Origin: Escherichia coli
GTDB taxonomy: Bacteria > Pseudomonadota > Gammaproteobacteria > Enterobacterales > Enterobacteriaceae
Assembly (NCBI RefSeq): GCF_001677475.2
Contig: NZ_CP012497.1
Strand: one strand, 5' to 3'
Length of the DNA stretch: 64,000 nucleotides
Shown here one piece after another: positions 51,876 through 61,647 of the stretch. A program made the position numbers and the translations under genes. The notes below the pieces were generated by a model, which did not search any database, was not told the DNA's origin, and saw nothing but the letters and a program-made list of their open reading frames with translations. Position 1 is the first letter of the stretch. Each line of letters begins with the position of its first letter.

Positions 51876-53406
51876 AGTAAACCTCCCTCATTTTTCAGGC
51901 CGCGCGTCAGCTTCAGCTGGCGGCGCGCGTTGCGTTCTTCCGGTTTCGCCGGGCGGTTCAGACGGTGCAGTTCGTAACGGTGGCAGTCATCTTTACTGGC
52001 AAGGAAGCCCAGGAAAATGGCCACAGCGGCGTCGCCGTGACGTTTGTGACCGTCGCTGCCTCTGGTTCGTGAATCATCAATGCCGGGAACGCCACGCAGT
52101 AACTGAATGGCCCGAGGTCATTGATCACGTCTTCATGCTTCGGAAGGATCAGCTCATCATCTTCAAACGCCGCACGGAAACGGGGCATGTTTTCACGGTA
52201 AAACGCCACGGACAGCATCACCTGTTCCACCTCGTCGCCGTACCGCTCCGCCGCCTGTTCTGCCAGATACTGACCATTCCCCCGCGCATCCATTTTGATG
52301 CCGTCACGACGGGGCAGACGATCGCAAAGCCAGAACAGTACCTGCTCCTGCTGTTTAAACGGCACATTGGCAAGCTCAACCAGGAACGGCACCTCGCGGG
52401 TGGTGTCGTCGTTCACCGTCACCGGGGCCAGCACAGTCAGGTCACCCGAACGCGCAAAGTCTTCCCCCAGACAGTGGCGCAGGTTCTGTGGGAGTTTTTC
52501 CAGTTCAGGGCGCACCACCGTTTCCAGCCATTCCCGGATATCTGCCCGGCGCTGGCTTTCCGTCAGTGCGTTAAATTCCGGTGTGCCGGTAAAGCGCAAC
52601 ACTTTTCCGGTGCCACGGGCTGCACGTTCACGCATTGAGCGGGGGATATACGTGCCGCCGCCGTTTTTCGGGACGCAGTAATATTCCTCCAGGGCGTCTT
52701 CGCGGGTGGCGGTATTTCGCAGCAGGCCTTCTTTCCATTCCGCCTCGGCCTCCGGTGACCACTCCATGCCGCGTACCTGACAGATACGCCGGTACAGCCC
52801 GTCACTGCAGGCGTCATCCAGCGTGATGGTGTGAATACGGTAATCTTTTTTGCCTGCGCGGCTCTCCTGAATCAGCTGGTTAAACGGGTTGTCCACGCCG
52901 TCATGGGTGGAGATAAGGCGAACCTTACCGCCCCACGTGGTCAGTGGTGTGACCGCCTTGAGTACCTCATCCAGTTTTTCATGAAACGCCGCTTCGTCGA
53001 TGGTGACATTCCCCTGCATCCCGCGAATGTTGCCCGGATTGCTGGACAGCGCCTTGACCTTAAAACCGCTGGCGAAGTACACGACGAACGTCAGAATGTC
53101 CATGTCTTCGTCGGTGATCACTTCCTCGCGGATTTCTTCCGCTGCCGCATTAAACGCTTTCGCCCACATCGCTACGGCGTCGATAAATTCGCGGGCCATC
53201 TCCTTATTCGAACCGATATAAAAGTGATCGCGCCCGCCGTTTTCCTTCTTCAGTGATGCGGTCAGTGCTGCATCTGCCGCTTCCGCCCAGGTTAACCCGG
53301 TACGGCGTGATTTCTCGGCGATTTTCAGTTTTGAATCATCCGCCACCCAGCGTTTCTGATACGGCAGCAGAACATCGGATTCACTGAACGTGTTCATCTG
53401 TGTCAT
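51872..53406 (-). CDS. terminase large subunit (Mu gp28-like), frame broken near 52111-52113
   Basis: ATPase N-domain; the ORF-track C-terminus is out of frame, and the corrected frame gives ..GVPGIDDSRTRGSDGHKRHGDAAVAIF.. ending at a stop that overlaps the portal start. Confidence 0.8.
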
Positions 53407-54005
53407 GCGCTAATCCCCAGAATGTCTCGTTTGATGGTGTCAGCCGCACCGCCTGACAGACCACCCGTTCTGACCAGCTCTTCGGTTTTCTCAGCCATCT
53501 CCTGTGCAAACGCATCGCGGATCGCTTTCTCGCGTTTATGGCTGGTCATGGCTGCCGCTTCCAGACGCTGGGCAACCAGCGCCAGTTGCCCCAGCGCCTT
53601 TGGTGCTACAGGTTTGTCGTCTTCTGCCATCGACATGGACGTTTCAAAGGCCAGCGTTTTTACAAACTCCATCAGCAGCCTGCCGACGTCTGATGTTGGC
53701 GCGGAACCCAGCTTTGCCGCCCAGACTTCGGCCATTTCGCGGGAGGCGCGGATTTTGGCCCCGACTTTTTCCATGCGGCTGGCATAACGGTTTAAACCCG
53801 TCCGGCTTAACTGCATCTCTTCCGGCAGGTTGTGTTCGTCAATCAGGGCGTTGATGGCTTCGCGGATTTCTTCCTGCGTGTGCCGCTTTTCCCGCAGCAT
53901 CTGATGCAACTGCTCCCGGATGCTGTCCGGGAGTAAATCCACTTTGGAAAGACGGCCACGGGTGGGGCGTTGTTCATTTTCCATGTTTGCCCTCCTGTTG
54001 CTCAC
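53403..54005 (-). CDS. terminase small subunit (Mu gp27-like)
   Basis: 200-aa ORF immediately upstream of and overlapping the large-subunit start. Confidence 0.6.
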   Translation of the reverse strand: MSNRRANMENEQRPTRGRLSKVDLLPDSIREQLHQMLREKRHTQEEIREAINALIDEHNLPEEMQLSRTGLNRYASRMEKVGAKIRASREMAEVWAAKLGSAPTSDVGRLLMEFVKTLAFETSMSMAEDDKPVAPKALGQLALVAQRLEAAAMTSHKREKAIRDAFAQEMAEKTEELVRTGGLSGGAADTIKRDILGISA

Positions 54006-54121
54006 TACGCTGTAAACTTTCGTATGCAGATTTCAGCGCGCCGCTCTGGATTTCCCGCCATGTCAGGTTGTGCGCCAGACGGCGGAGTTCATCACGGGAC
54101 GCTTTACTTATCGGATTCTTT

Positions 54122-54421
54122 TTACGGTTCACGACGGCCCCCGTCTTCAGTTCCCGGTGTTTTCAGACCGGCGTATATTTCTTCGCGAACGGACCGGATA
54201 TCCTTACCCAGCAGCTTCCACAGCCGCGCACATGCCGGTGATGACCGCAGAAAGCGTTTCATGGGGCTGTCCGGTGCATCCGGGCTCCAGGGCTTTCCGG
54301 TCTGTTGTTCGTATGCACGGACAATGGCGTTTTGCTCAATATCTGCCAGCACAAGGCAGTACGCCAGTTGCCGCACGACGGCCCGTTCTCCGCGACTTAA
54401 CGGCTTCAGTTTTCGGGCCAT
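54122..54421 (-). CDS. hypothetical protein
   Basis: 99-aa ORF between the lysis region and terminase genes. Confidence 0.35.
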   Translation of the reverse strand: MARKLKPLSRGERAVVRQLAYCLVLADIEQNAIVRAYEQQTGKPWSPDAPDSPMKRFLRSSPACARLWKLLGKDIRSVREEIYAGLKTPGTEDGGRREP

Positions 54422-54423
54422 GC

Positions 54424-54717
54424 TCAGCCCCTCGCACGGGGTTTTTTAACGCCCGGAACGCTGGACAGGCCGTTTGCCACATCCTCGCCGCTGCCGGTGA
54501 TTTCAGCCACGTAACAGCCGCCCACATCAGACAGACGAACCAACCCCTGCTCGCGAAGCCATGCAAGCTGGGTGCGCACCACATCACGGGATACCTTATG
54601 ACCATAAGCCTGAAGGCAGGTCTGCAACACGGATTCATTCGCGCTGTCGCCACAGTCCAGCAGGGAACGCAGCAACACCAGACGACGGTCTTCAGTGAGG
54701 ATCTCTTTCATCGCCAT
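54424..54717 (-). CDS. hypothetical protein
   Basis: 97-aa ORF, tightly packed. Confidence 0.35.
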   Translation of the reverse strand: MAMKEILTEDRRLVLLRSLLDCGDSANESVLQTCLQAYGHKVSRDVVRTQLAWLREQGLVRLSDVGGCYVAEITGSGEDVANGLSSVPGVKKPRARG

Positions 54718-55022
54718 TAATTTTTTACCTTTAACTCGTTCTCTAATAACAAATCACTGATGCGGGAAACCTGGCGTATGGATGGCCCCAGTTCCCGGAT
54801 TTCGCCCCGCAGGTTGCTGATATCCAGTTGCAGGCGGTGAAATTCATTGCGGTCGGGGAGCTGATTCACCAGACCTTCCATCACCGACACACGGGAACGC
54901 AGCGAATCAAACTCTTCGCGTTTGACGTAAGTCTTTGCCAGAATCAGCTGAAGCAAATTTATCGCTGTCATCAACAGCGCCCATAAAATGGGCCAGTTGG
55001 CCCGGATCACTTCCCAGGACAT
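54717..55022 (-). CDS. membrane protein, lysis-associated candidate
   Basis: 101 aa; N-terminal TM (NWPILWALLMTAINLLQLILA) followed by a coiled coil. Confidence 0.4.
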   Translation of the reverse strand: MSWEVIRANWPILWALLMTAINLLQLILAKTYVKREEFDSLRSRVSVMEGLVNQLPDRNEFHRLQLDISNLRGEIRELGPSIRQVSRISDLLLENELKVKN

Positions 55023-55234
55023 GTCTTCCTCCTGCGCTCACGCATCTGCTGGCAGTCAATACAGGTCACCACATCCGGCAGCGCCGCAAGGCGCTGTGCC
55101 GGAATAACGTTCCCGCAGTCATTGCAGAAGCCCCGACTGTGGGGCGCTTCTTTTGTCCGCGTCTGCCAGGCTTTAACGACGCACTGACGCTCGTTCAGAA
55201 CCACTTCACTGATGCGGTCGATTTCATCGGTCAT
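55007..55234 (-). CDS. TraR/DksA-family C4 zinc-finger protein
   Basis: 75 aa with CNDCGNVIPAQRLAALPDVVTCIDCQ. Confidence 0.6.
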   Translation of the reverse strand: MTDEIDRISEVVLNERQCVVKAWQTRTKEAPHSRGFCNDCGNVIPAQRLAALPDVVTCIDCQQMRERRRKTCPGK

Positions 55235-56237
55235 TTCAGCCCCGCAGACATTTTGTGACGGCTTGATTTGCTGTAACGGGCAAAGCCGTCAAGGGTTCGC
55301 ACGCCGAGATAGCCCAGCGCAGGGGTAAGCAACATCAGCGTGATATCCCAGTCCGGTGTTGGCATATGCAGCGTGATACCTCTGGCACCGGCAACGGCTC
55401 CGGCAATCTGGCCGCAGGAGAGCAACAGCACATAGGCCAGACCGCTGTAACAGGAAAGGCGGGCCAGCAGCGGGCGCGTCTGGCGCACATAGCTGTCCGT
55501 GGCGTTGTCACCATTGCGGATGGTTTCCTGCTGTTCGTGGTGTGCGGCCTGCTGGTCAGCCAGCACCAGCTTCTGCCGCTCCACCTCCAGTTGTTGCAGC
55601 TGAATTTTCAGGGTTTCCAGTTGTATCTGTTGTTCCGGTGGTAACATCGCCATCTTCTGTTCCAGAACGCGCTGCTGTTCAGCCACCGGCAGGCTTTCCC
55701 GGACGCTTTCCACCATACCGGCCACCGAGTCAGCGGCGGCAGATGTACCGCCACCAAACCAGCGCCCGACGGAACGAATCAGCCCCGGCCCGGCTTTCAG
55801 CAGAACGGAGGCGATGCCTGAAAGGGTTAACGGATCCACGGGAAACCTCCATACAGATAACGCTGAAGACAGAGCAGAGCGCCGCAACCGCCACCACACA
55901 GCCAGAACACCGGGTGTGCCGGTGACATCATCATCAGCGTGCTGAAGACGCAGCAGAAATATCCCAGCGCCCAGACCACCCATGACCACACGATGATGTG
56001 GCGACCAAAAGCCCGGTAACGGACCTCAGGCAGCAGGCGAAATGGCACATTCCCGAGGCTTGCGCTGTATGAAAACAACACCACCCCGGCAAAGGACAAC
56101 AACATCAACACGAACGATCGCCAGCCACATAACATGCTGATGATGAACATACAGAGCGTCAGTCCGGCCAGCGGCCATGGGGTTCTCATCAGTCGGGAAC
56201 AAATCAGCCAGTCACACAGTTTTAAAATTTTGTTCAT
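55231..56237 (-). CDS. polytopic membrane protein (lysis cassette), probably one gene split by an indel near 55840-55845
   Basis: ATG at 56237; multi-TM N-part in ORF 55827-56462; the frame of ORF 55231-55989 continues with coiled coil and C-terminal TM segments. Confidence 0.35.
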
Positions 56238-56462
56238 AACCTTTTTCCACATTGAATTTTTCCCTGTACTTCTGGCACTGCCAGAAAATGTCCCGTGTAT
56301 CCACGGAGTTCCAGCCACGCATGTAGTAGCTGGCGTGTGTGCCGTCATGGCCGGTATAGTCCAGCGGTTTCGGGGCGGACCTCCGGCCATGCGGTGCAGA
56401 ACCTCCTGACGCAGGCGGTCGCGCCGCCCGGCTTTCAGAGAGGCATCCCAGCCTTTGCCCAT
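56212..56462 (-). CDS. small protein downstream of the endolysin, frame broken at a G-run (56372-56375)
   Basis: MGKGWDASLKAGRRDRLRQEVLHRMAGGPP continues in another frame as KPLDYTGHDGTHASYYMRGWNSVDTRDIFWQCQKYREKFNVEKGYEQNFKTV. Confidence 0.3.
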
Positions 56463-56463
56463 A

Positions 56464-57060
56464 TCACCCCCGCGTGGCGGACATGATGCCTGGAGGGGTA
56501 TCGATGATTTCCAGACAGGCGTCGGTCAGCTTTTCCATGCGGTTAAACCAGCCGTTCAGGTATTTGCCCTGGGCGGGTTTGGACTTGATGATGTCGGCAT
56601 AAAAGCGGGAACGACGGACAATGCAGCGGGCCAGCAGCCAGTCCGGGGTGGACAGGCTCACGGCCTTACGGGTACGGGGGCCGATGATGCCGTCAGCATC
56701 CACATCCGCGGCTTCCTGCAAAATCCTGATAGCTTTTTTAACGCCATGCTGAACCGCCGCATCGAACACAAACATCGCCACGCCATCAGGCCACTGGTCA
56801 CATCCGGCAGGCAGCCAGTAATCGCGCCAGTAAATCTGAGCAACCTGTTCGCGGGTTAAATCCCTGATGCGGGTATCCGGTTTGCCGTCGCCGTTGACAT
56901 CGGTTTTGCCGTCAGTCACACCGTCGCGGCGGTCAGAAATGCCGTATTTGGTTTCACCGCCACGGTCAGTGGGGTCATTGGCATAGACGCCTTCGATATC
57001 GGGACGCAGAATGAAATTCAGCGCATGTTCAAAGGCCGGGGAGAATTTTTGATTTTCCAT
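56464..57060 (-). CDS. lys: endolysin (GH108-like catalytic domain with peptidoglycan-binding C-terminus)
   Basis: 198 aa with GVYANDPTDRGGETKYGIS and ADGIIGPRTRKAV motifs. Confidence 0.8.
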   Translation of the reverse strand: MENQKFSPAFEHALNFILRPDIEGVYANDPTDRGGETKYGISDRRDGVTDGKTDVNGDGKPDTRIRDLTREQVAQIYWRDYWLPAGCDQWPDGVAMFVFDAAVQHGVKKAIRILQEAADVDADGIIGPRTRKAVSLSTPDWLLARCIVRRSRFYADIIKSKPAQGKYLNGWFNRMEKLTDACLEIIDTPPGIMSATRG

Positions 57061-57112
57061 AAAAGCACCTGTGAAGCAGATTTAAACGTGGTCTGCTTCA
57101 TGGTGCCGGAGG

Positions 57113-57140
57113 CATAAAAAAAGCCGGATTTACCGGCTTC
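57113..57140 (-). terminator. intrinsic terminator between mor and lys
   Basis: Same 25-nt sequence as at 49381-49410: hairpin GCCGGATTTACCGGC with a T-run on the minus strand. Confidence 0.55.
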
Positions 57141-57145
57141 ATTGA

Positions 57146-57595
57146 TTAAGGGCGTCGTGGTGGACGACGAACGGGGTGAGGCAGGTTCGGGGAGGGGTAA
57201 AACAAATCCGGCTGGTATTTATTGCGCTCCAGACGTCGCATCCGTTTGATGGCCTTGTAGACGGTTTTATACGTCACCCCGTAACGCTGAACCAGTTCAG
57301 GAATATTATGACCGTTAAAATCACGCCAGATACGCATATCCCGGACAAGATTCTCCAGAATATTCCCCCTCGGAACATAAACCTGCATCCCGCCGATATG
57401 GCGACAAATCGCCACAACCAGCTCAAGGGAATGAGCAGGGTCTGCGCCAATCCGGGCCAGCTCTTTACGCAGCAGTGCGTTCAGTTCAGAAAGTAACGCC
57501 GGATAAGCGGTGTTTTCCTGGTAATCATGAAGATATTCCAGAACGCTGTCGTCCCGAAGGTCTTCGAATAAATCCTGCTCTTTCATCTGTTTCAT
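57146..57595 (-). CDS. mor: middle operon regulator Mor (Mor/C family transcription activator)
   Basis: 149 aa, colinear with Mu Mor as recalled (DPAHSLELVVAICRHIGGMQVYVPRG, VTYKTVYKAIKRMRRL). Confidence 0.8.
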   Translation of the reverse strand: MKQMKEQDLFEDLRDDSVLEYLHDYQENTAYPALLSELNALLRKELARIGADPAHSLELVVAICRHIGGMQVYVPRGNILENLVRDMRIWRDFNGHNIPELVQRYGVTYKTVYKAIKRMRRLERNKYQPDLFYPSPNLPHPVRRPPRRP

Positions 57596-58143
57596 ACAGC
57601 AATTCTCCCGCTGTTTCGTGCGCGGGCATATGCACTGGTCAGTGCATCATATCCGCGTAGTTCCCGCCCGGATGGGCTTGCAGGTAACGGCACACCATGT
57701 CGGGCAAAGGCTTCCCGGATGCAGCGCATGTGCCACTGCTTGAGCGTTTCGAGCACAACCTGCAACGATTCCCCGTGACACCAGACCAGCGTGGAAACAC
57801 CCTGACCGCCATTACGTCTGGCCGTCAGGCGTTCAACGTATTTGTCCAGCGCGGCGTCGCTGATATCGGAGACGAAACCATCAAGAAACATCTGCTGCCA
57901 GATTTTGTAAATCTTCTCGCGTGGTGTGACATGCCCCTTAAAGCGACGGCGGGGATGTTTTTTCTGCTTCTTAAAACCGCGCTCTTTCATGGCATCGAGC
58001 ACCAGTTCCAGTTGTGCGAAGGTCAGCTCGCGGCAACTGGTCTTGCCTGTGCACTGCACCAGAAAGGCGCGGTAAGTGTCATCGTCGAGTTGCAACTCCC
58101 GACGGGCAACATGAATTAATTTAATCAGGGATGTGCGGCTCAT
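57592..58143 (-). CDS. gemA: GemA-like protein (Mu gp16 family)
   Basis: 183-aa ORF immediately upstream of mor, translationally coupled. Confidence 0.65.
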   Translation of the reverse strand: MSRTSLIKLIHVARRELQLDDDTYRAFLVQCTGKTSCRELTFAQLELVLDAMKERGFKKQKKHPRRRFKGHVTPREKIYKIWQQMFLDGFVSDISDAALDKYVERLTARRNGGQGVSTLVWCHGESLQVVLETLKQWHMRCIREAFARHGVPLPASPSGRELRGYDALTSAYARARNSGRIAV

Positions 58144-58456
58144 TATGTCCCCCGGATTTAAAAATTAATTCAGTGTTGAATAGCTCTTTACTCATTCGCT
58201 GTAGCACATCGAGGGCGGCAACTGCCGCCACTTTATCATGGCTGGCAATGATTCCCCGCAACTCTTCGATAATCCATGCAGGGCTTAATGATTCAGCAAT
58301 CATCGTGAGCTTTTCCGAAATTAAATTTTCTCTGGCCTGCTCATAGTGTTGGTATACGACATTATCCAGAAAATCATTTACCTTTTGTTCTGACATGCCA
58401 CTGGAAACTAAGGTTGCAGCCATTAAATCAGCATCAGTAATCATCTGTATTTTCAT
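58121..58456 (-). CDS. hypothetical early protein
   Basis: 111-aa ORF in the Mu semi-essential early region. Confidence 0.35.
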   Translation of the reverse strand: MKIQMITDADLMAATLVSSGMSEQKVNDFLDNVVYQHYEQARENLISEKLTMIAESLSPAWIIEELRGIIASHDKVAAVAALDVLQRMSKELFNTELIFKSGGHNEPHIPD

Positions 58457-58829
58457 CTCTTAATACCTTTTCAGGATTCAGGAAAACTGCGCCGGTAACC
58501 TCCAGCAGATTCACCAGAGCATGGGTCGCAATTGCTGCGGCCAGACAATCACCGCTATAACAAGCATTGTCGACAACGCTTTTTATTATTCTGATCAGCG
58601 ATGGAAGTGTGGTATTTTCCATAATTTCCAGCTTGTACCGCTTCAGCCAGTATTCATATTCAGCTTCATCAAATGGAAGCTGTCCCATCAGTTCTGTCAT
58701 AGTTGTATCGGCCTGCTCCGGTGTATATCCACTGACAACCAGTTGCGCCCGCATTTCAGCCCGATATTTAGGGTCGTCATAAATATGCTTACTCATTTCG
58801 TAATACCTCTTCGCAATAAAAAACTTCAC
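58434..58829 (-). CDS. hypothetical early protein
   Basis: 131-aa ORF. Confidence 0.35.
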   Translation of the reverse strand: MKFFIAKRYYEMSKHIYDDPKYRAEMRAQLVVSGYTPEQADTTMTELMGQLPFDEAEYEYWLKRYKLEIMENTTLPSLIRIIKSVVDNACYSGDCLAAAIATHALVNLLEVTGAVFLNPEKVLRDENTDDY

Positions 58830-59067
58830 CGGGATAGCGTTTTTGTAAGCGTTCCTGCACCTGCATACATGTCTGCTCTGTGGGCCAGATTTTTTCCGTT
58901 ACCGGAATGGCATCACAGGCATCATTCCCGCAGGTGCCAACCAGCAGGACAAAGCCAGTTGACTTAACCATGCTCGCTGATTTCCTGTGTTTCTGCCGGA
59001 ACCGGTGAATAATCAAGAATGAGATAGCGCAGGATGTGGTCGGTGATATTCCAGCCACTGGAGCCAC
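58789..59067 (-). CDS. hypothetical early protein (Cys-rich)
   Basis: 92-aa ORF. Confidence 0.3.
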   Translation of the reverse strand: MAPVAGISPTTSCAISFLIIHRFRQKHRKSASMVKSTGFVLLVGTCGNDACDAIPVTEKIWPTEQTCMQVQERLQKRYPGEVFYCEEVLRNE

Positions 59068-59506
59068 AAATAAAACGACCCAGCCGGATATCGATATAAG
59101 CCATCACAAAACGGGGCATTCCCTGTTTGCACATCTCGTCATCCACTTCAGCAACGATGTAAACCGACTCGCAGGTCAGTACGCCTGTCGCGAATTCTTT
59201 TGCCAGTGCCGGAATGGCATTGCCTTCCAGCCAGGGCAAAGAGCGGCGGAACGCGCACCATTGAGCATCATCAACATCGGGGTGTTCAGTTGTTGCGTTT
59301 CGTCTTACTGGCGGCGTTGGACGAGGGCGCGGAACGTCATAAAATCCGTTGCATTCAGTGAGAACTCCGGCATCAACCGCATCACGCAGGAAATACACCA
59401 TTGAGGAAGGTGGCATCTTCATTTTTTCAGCCAGAACGCCGCAGGTCAGACGCCCGTAAACCTGTAATAATGTGCTGACGCCGCTCAGAACTTTTGTATT
59501 AATCAT
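58964..59506 (-). CDS. hypothetical early protein
   Basis: 180-aa ORF. Confidence 0.35.
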   Translation of the reverse strand: MINTKVLSGVSTLLQVYGRLTCGVLAEKMKMPPSSMVYFLRDAVDAGVLTECNGFYDVPRPRPTPPVRRNATTEHPDVDDAQWCAFRRSLPWLEGNAIPALAKEFATGVLTCESVYIVAEVDDEMCKQGMPRFVMAYIDIRLGRFICGSSGWNITDHILRYLILDYSPVPAETQEISEHG

Positions 59507-59604
59507 TTTTTATATCCCGTATATCAGATTCAGGCGCGAGCAATCCCCTGACGCATCGCGCCATAATTAAAAGAAAGTGAACTAATTAAATATTTGTGGT
59601 GGTA

Positions 59605-60129
59605 TTAAATACCGGCTTCCTGTTCAAACGGAATAATAGAAAAATCTTCAATGCCCGATTTAACTGTAATTCCGGCAACACCTGCGACCGCTTTCGGTTC
59701 CAGTAAAATCGCTTCCTTGTTGATTTCCTGTTTCGTGCGAATAAAGCGTTGCAGGCCAAGACGCTCCAGCGTTTCCATCACCGCATCCACACCGCGAATA
59801 CTTACCGATGGTGGGCGCTGACGCCATGACACATCGCCGGTTACCAGGTTGGCCGTCTTCACCTTGCCGCCGTTCGTCAGTTCGTCACGGTTCGCTTCAC
59901 ACCACCCCTGAACGCCTTTTGAAAGGGTTTCAATACGGGTTTTAAGCGGCGCAATCCGTGAGGCGTATTTCTCCGTAATTTCAGCAATAGCGTCATTCAT
60001 TTCCGTTTCAAGTCGTACCGCTTCGCGTTGCAGGTCACCAATCCAGCGAATATCACACACCACGGCATCCCGGGATTGAGGAACATAAGCTGCTGCGGCA
60101 TTCCTGATTCGTTTTGCTGGTTTAGCCAT
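59605..60129 (-). CDS. gam: host-nuclease inhibitor Gam (Mu Gam, Ku-like)
   Basis: 174 aa, near-identical to Mu Gam as recalled (MAKPAKRI..DLQREA.RLETEMNDAIAEITEK..GITVKSGIEDFSIIPFEQEAGI). Confidence 0.9.
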   Translation of the reverse strand: MAKPAKRIRNAAAAYVPQSRDAVVCDIRWIGDLQREAVRLETEMNDAIAEITEKYASRIAPLKTRIETLSKGVQGWCEANRDELTNGGKVKTANLVTGDVSWRQRPPSVSIRGVDAVMETLERLGLQRFIRTKQEINKEAILLEPKAVAGVAGITVKSGIEDFSIIPFEQEAGI

Positions 60130-60149
60130 ATAAATAAAGCTCCTGTTAA

Positions 60150-60437
60150 TTAATATTCTCTGTATACAATGCTGGATACAGCCCGATTGCTTAATTCCAT
60201 CTTTTGGGCAATGACATGAATAGCCACCCCTTCTTTATAAAGTTCACGACACAAATATTTGTCGTGCTCACTGATTTTGTATACACACAACGATATTCCG
60301 TACCTTCTGGCATGTGCCCGCAGGGCGCTTGTGGCAACGTTCAGTTTTTTCGCCATTTCTTCAACAGTCATTTTCCCGACACTGGCTTCGATAAATTCCC
60401 GGTCTTCACGTGACCATCTTTTGCGAGGGATTATCAT
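60150..60437 (-). CDS. small HTH-like early protein
   Basis: 95-aa ORF with HTH-like segment MTVEEMAKKLNVATSALRAHARRYG. Confidence 0.4.
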   Translation of the reverse strand: MIIPRKRWSREDREFIEASVGKMTVEEMAKKLNVATSALRAHARRYGISLCVYKISEHDKYLCRELYKEGVAIHVIAQKMELSNRAVSSIVYREY

Positions 60438-60453
60438 GATGATGCCCTCCTTA

Positions 60454-60873
60454 TCAGTGCACCGGGAGTTCGAATCGTGCCGACAGCATATGCCGCACAG
60501 ATAGCTGAACCGCTTTCAGGGCAAGGGAAGAATACGTCCCCTGCGTCCAGCCTTTCGCCATTTGCCGGTAATCGCGCCAGATGTTCTTCCACTGCTCCCG
60601 TGCGTCCGGGTCTGACGCGCTGATGTATTCGCGGTCCATGACGTATTCCCATAAATCCACATTGAAGGCATTGCCAAACGTAATGGCGCGGAATACCGCC
60701 TCCCCGCAATAACGCGCACAAATGCTGTAATGGTCAAATGCAATCAGGTAAGTCTTTTCGCCATACCCCTCAACTTCGCGCGCGCAAATAAACTCGCGTA
60801 AGTCTCTGCCATTGTTATTACGCATTTTAATTCGAATTAATGCCTGAATTTCGTTTCTGATTTTGGCTTTCAT
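60454..60873 (-). CDS. hypothetical early protein
   Basis: 139-aa ORF. Confidence 0.4.
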   Translation of the reverse strand: MKAKIRNEIQALIRIKMRNNNGRDLREFICAREVEGYGEKTYLIAFDHYSICARYCGEAVFRAITFGNAFNVDLWEYVMDREYISASDPDAREQWKNIWRDYRQMAKGWTQGTYSSLALKAVQLSVRHMLSARFELPVH

Positions 60874-60893
60874 TGTCAGAGTTCCTTTATGAA

Positions 60894-61163
60894 TTAATGT
60901 TTGGCTGCATCCGGTTTATACCGGAATAACTCGCCTTCGGCTTCCAGTCCAAGTTGTCTGGCTGACTTCAACAACTCCTGGGTTGCTTTTTCAATAATTT
61001 CAGGAGCCATGCTCTTGATAATGCCTGCCATTACGTCATGTGGTCCGATTTGCTCCTTAGGAGACCGTTCTTCCAGTTGCACACTCATTCCTACAAAGAA
61101 ACCTCCTTTTTTCTGAAACTCAACATCTTCCATGCGGTTAAATTCAAAGATTACTTTTGCCAT
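60894..61163 (-). CDS. hypothetical early protein
   Basis: 89-aa ORF. Confidence 0.35.
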   Translation of the reverse strand: MAKVIFEFNRMEDVEFQKKGGFFVGMSVQLEERSPKEQIGPHDVMAGIIKSMAPEIIEKATQELLKSARQLGLEAEGELFRYKPDAAKH

Positions 61164-61174
61164 TTTGTTTCTCC

Positions 61175-61429
61175 TTATTGATTCTGAATAACTGCGCTGA
61201 CCTTTATTTTCGCGCCTTCTACCTGTTTAAAGAAAACACCACTACACCACGGACAACATGTGAAGGAGTCCCATACTTCATTTTCGGGGGAACTTTGCGT
61301 CATAAGTTGTTTGCCACATCCTGGGCATTTATATGTCGTCAAAGGCACTCCGTGGCGCTGACAATGTTTAACCCACTCAATATATTTTCCAGACCTGATA
61401 CTCATCGTTATCTCCAGATAATCTGACAA
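61175..61429 (-). CDS. zinc-finger small protein (Mu kil-region)
   Basis: 84 aa with CPGCG and CCPWC motifs. Confidence 0.4.
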   Translation of the reverse strand: MSDYLEITMSIRSGKYIEWVKHCQRHGVPLTTYKCPGCGKQLMTQSSPENEVWDSFTCCPWCSGVFFKQVEGAKIKVSAVIQNQ

Positions 61430-61635
61430 CCATTAAGACGGGCCGTCCATACTGAACGGGCAACCCCGGATTTATGCTCCATAATCCTGACAGCGTTTCT
61501 GACCAGCTCTGGTGGCGGGCAGGTGATTTCAAGCACCGGGCGGGCCACGCCCAGCCAGGATTCGTTGACGTGGCTGCCGCGCTCCTGTAACCAGGTCTTT
61601 ACTTCCGTTGCCATTTTGATATTCCGTGACATCAT
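61408..61635 (-). CDS. hypothetical small protein downstream of B
   Basis: 75-aa ORF. Confidence 0.3.
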   Translation of the reverse strand: MMSRNIKMATEVKTWLQERGSHVNESWLGVARPVLEITCPPPELVRNAVRIMEHKSGVARSVWTARLNGCQIIWR

Positions 61636-61647
61636 GGTTTATGCCCC

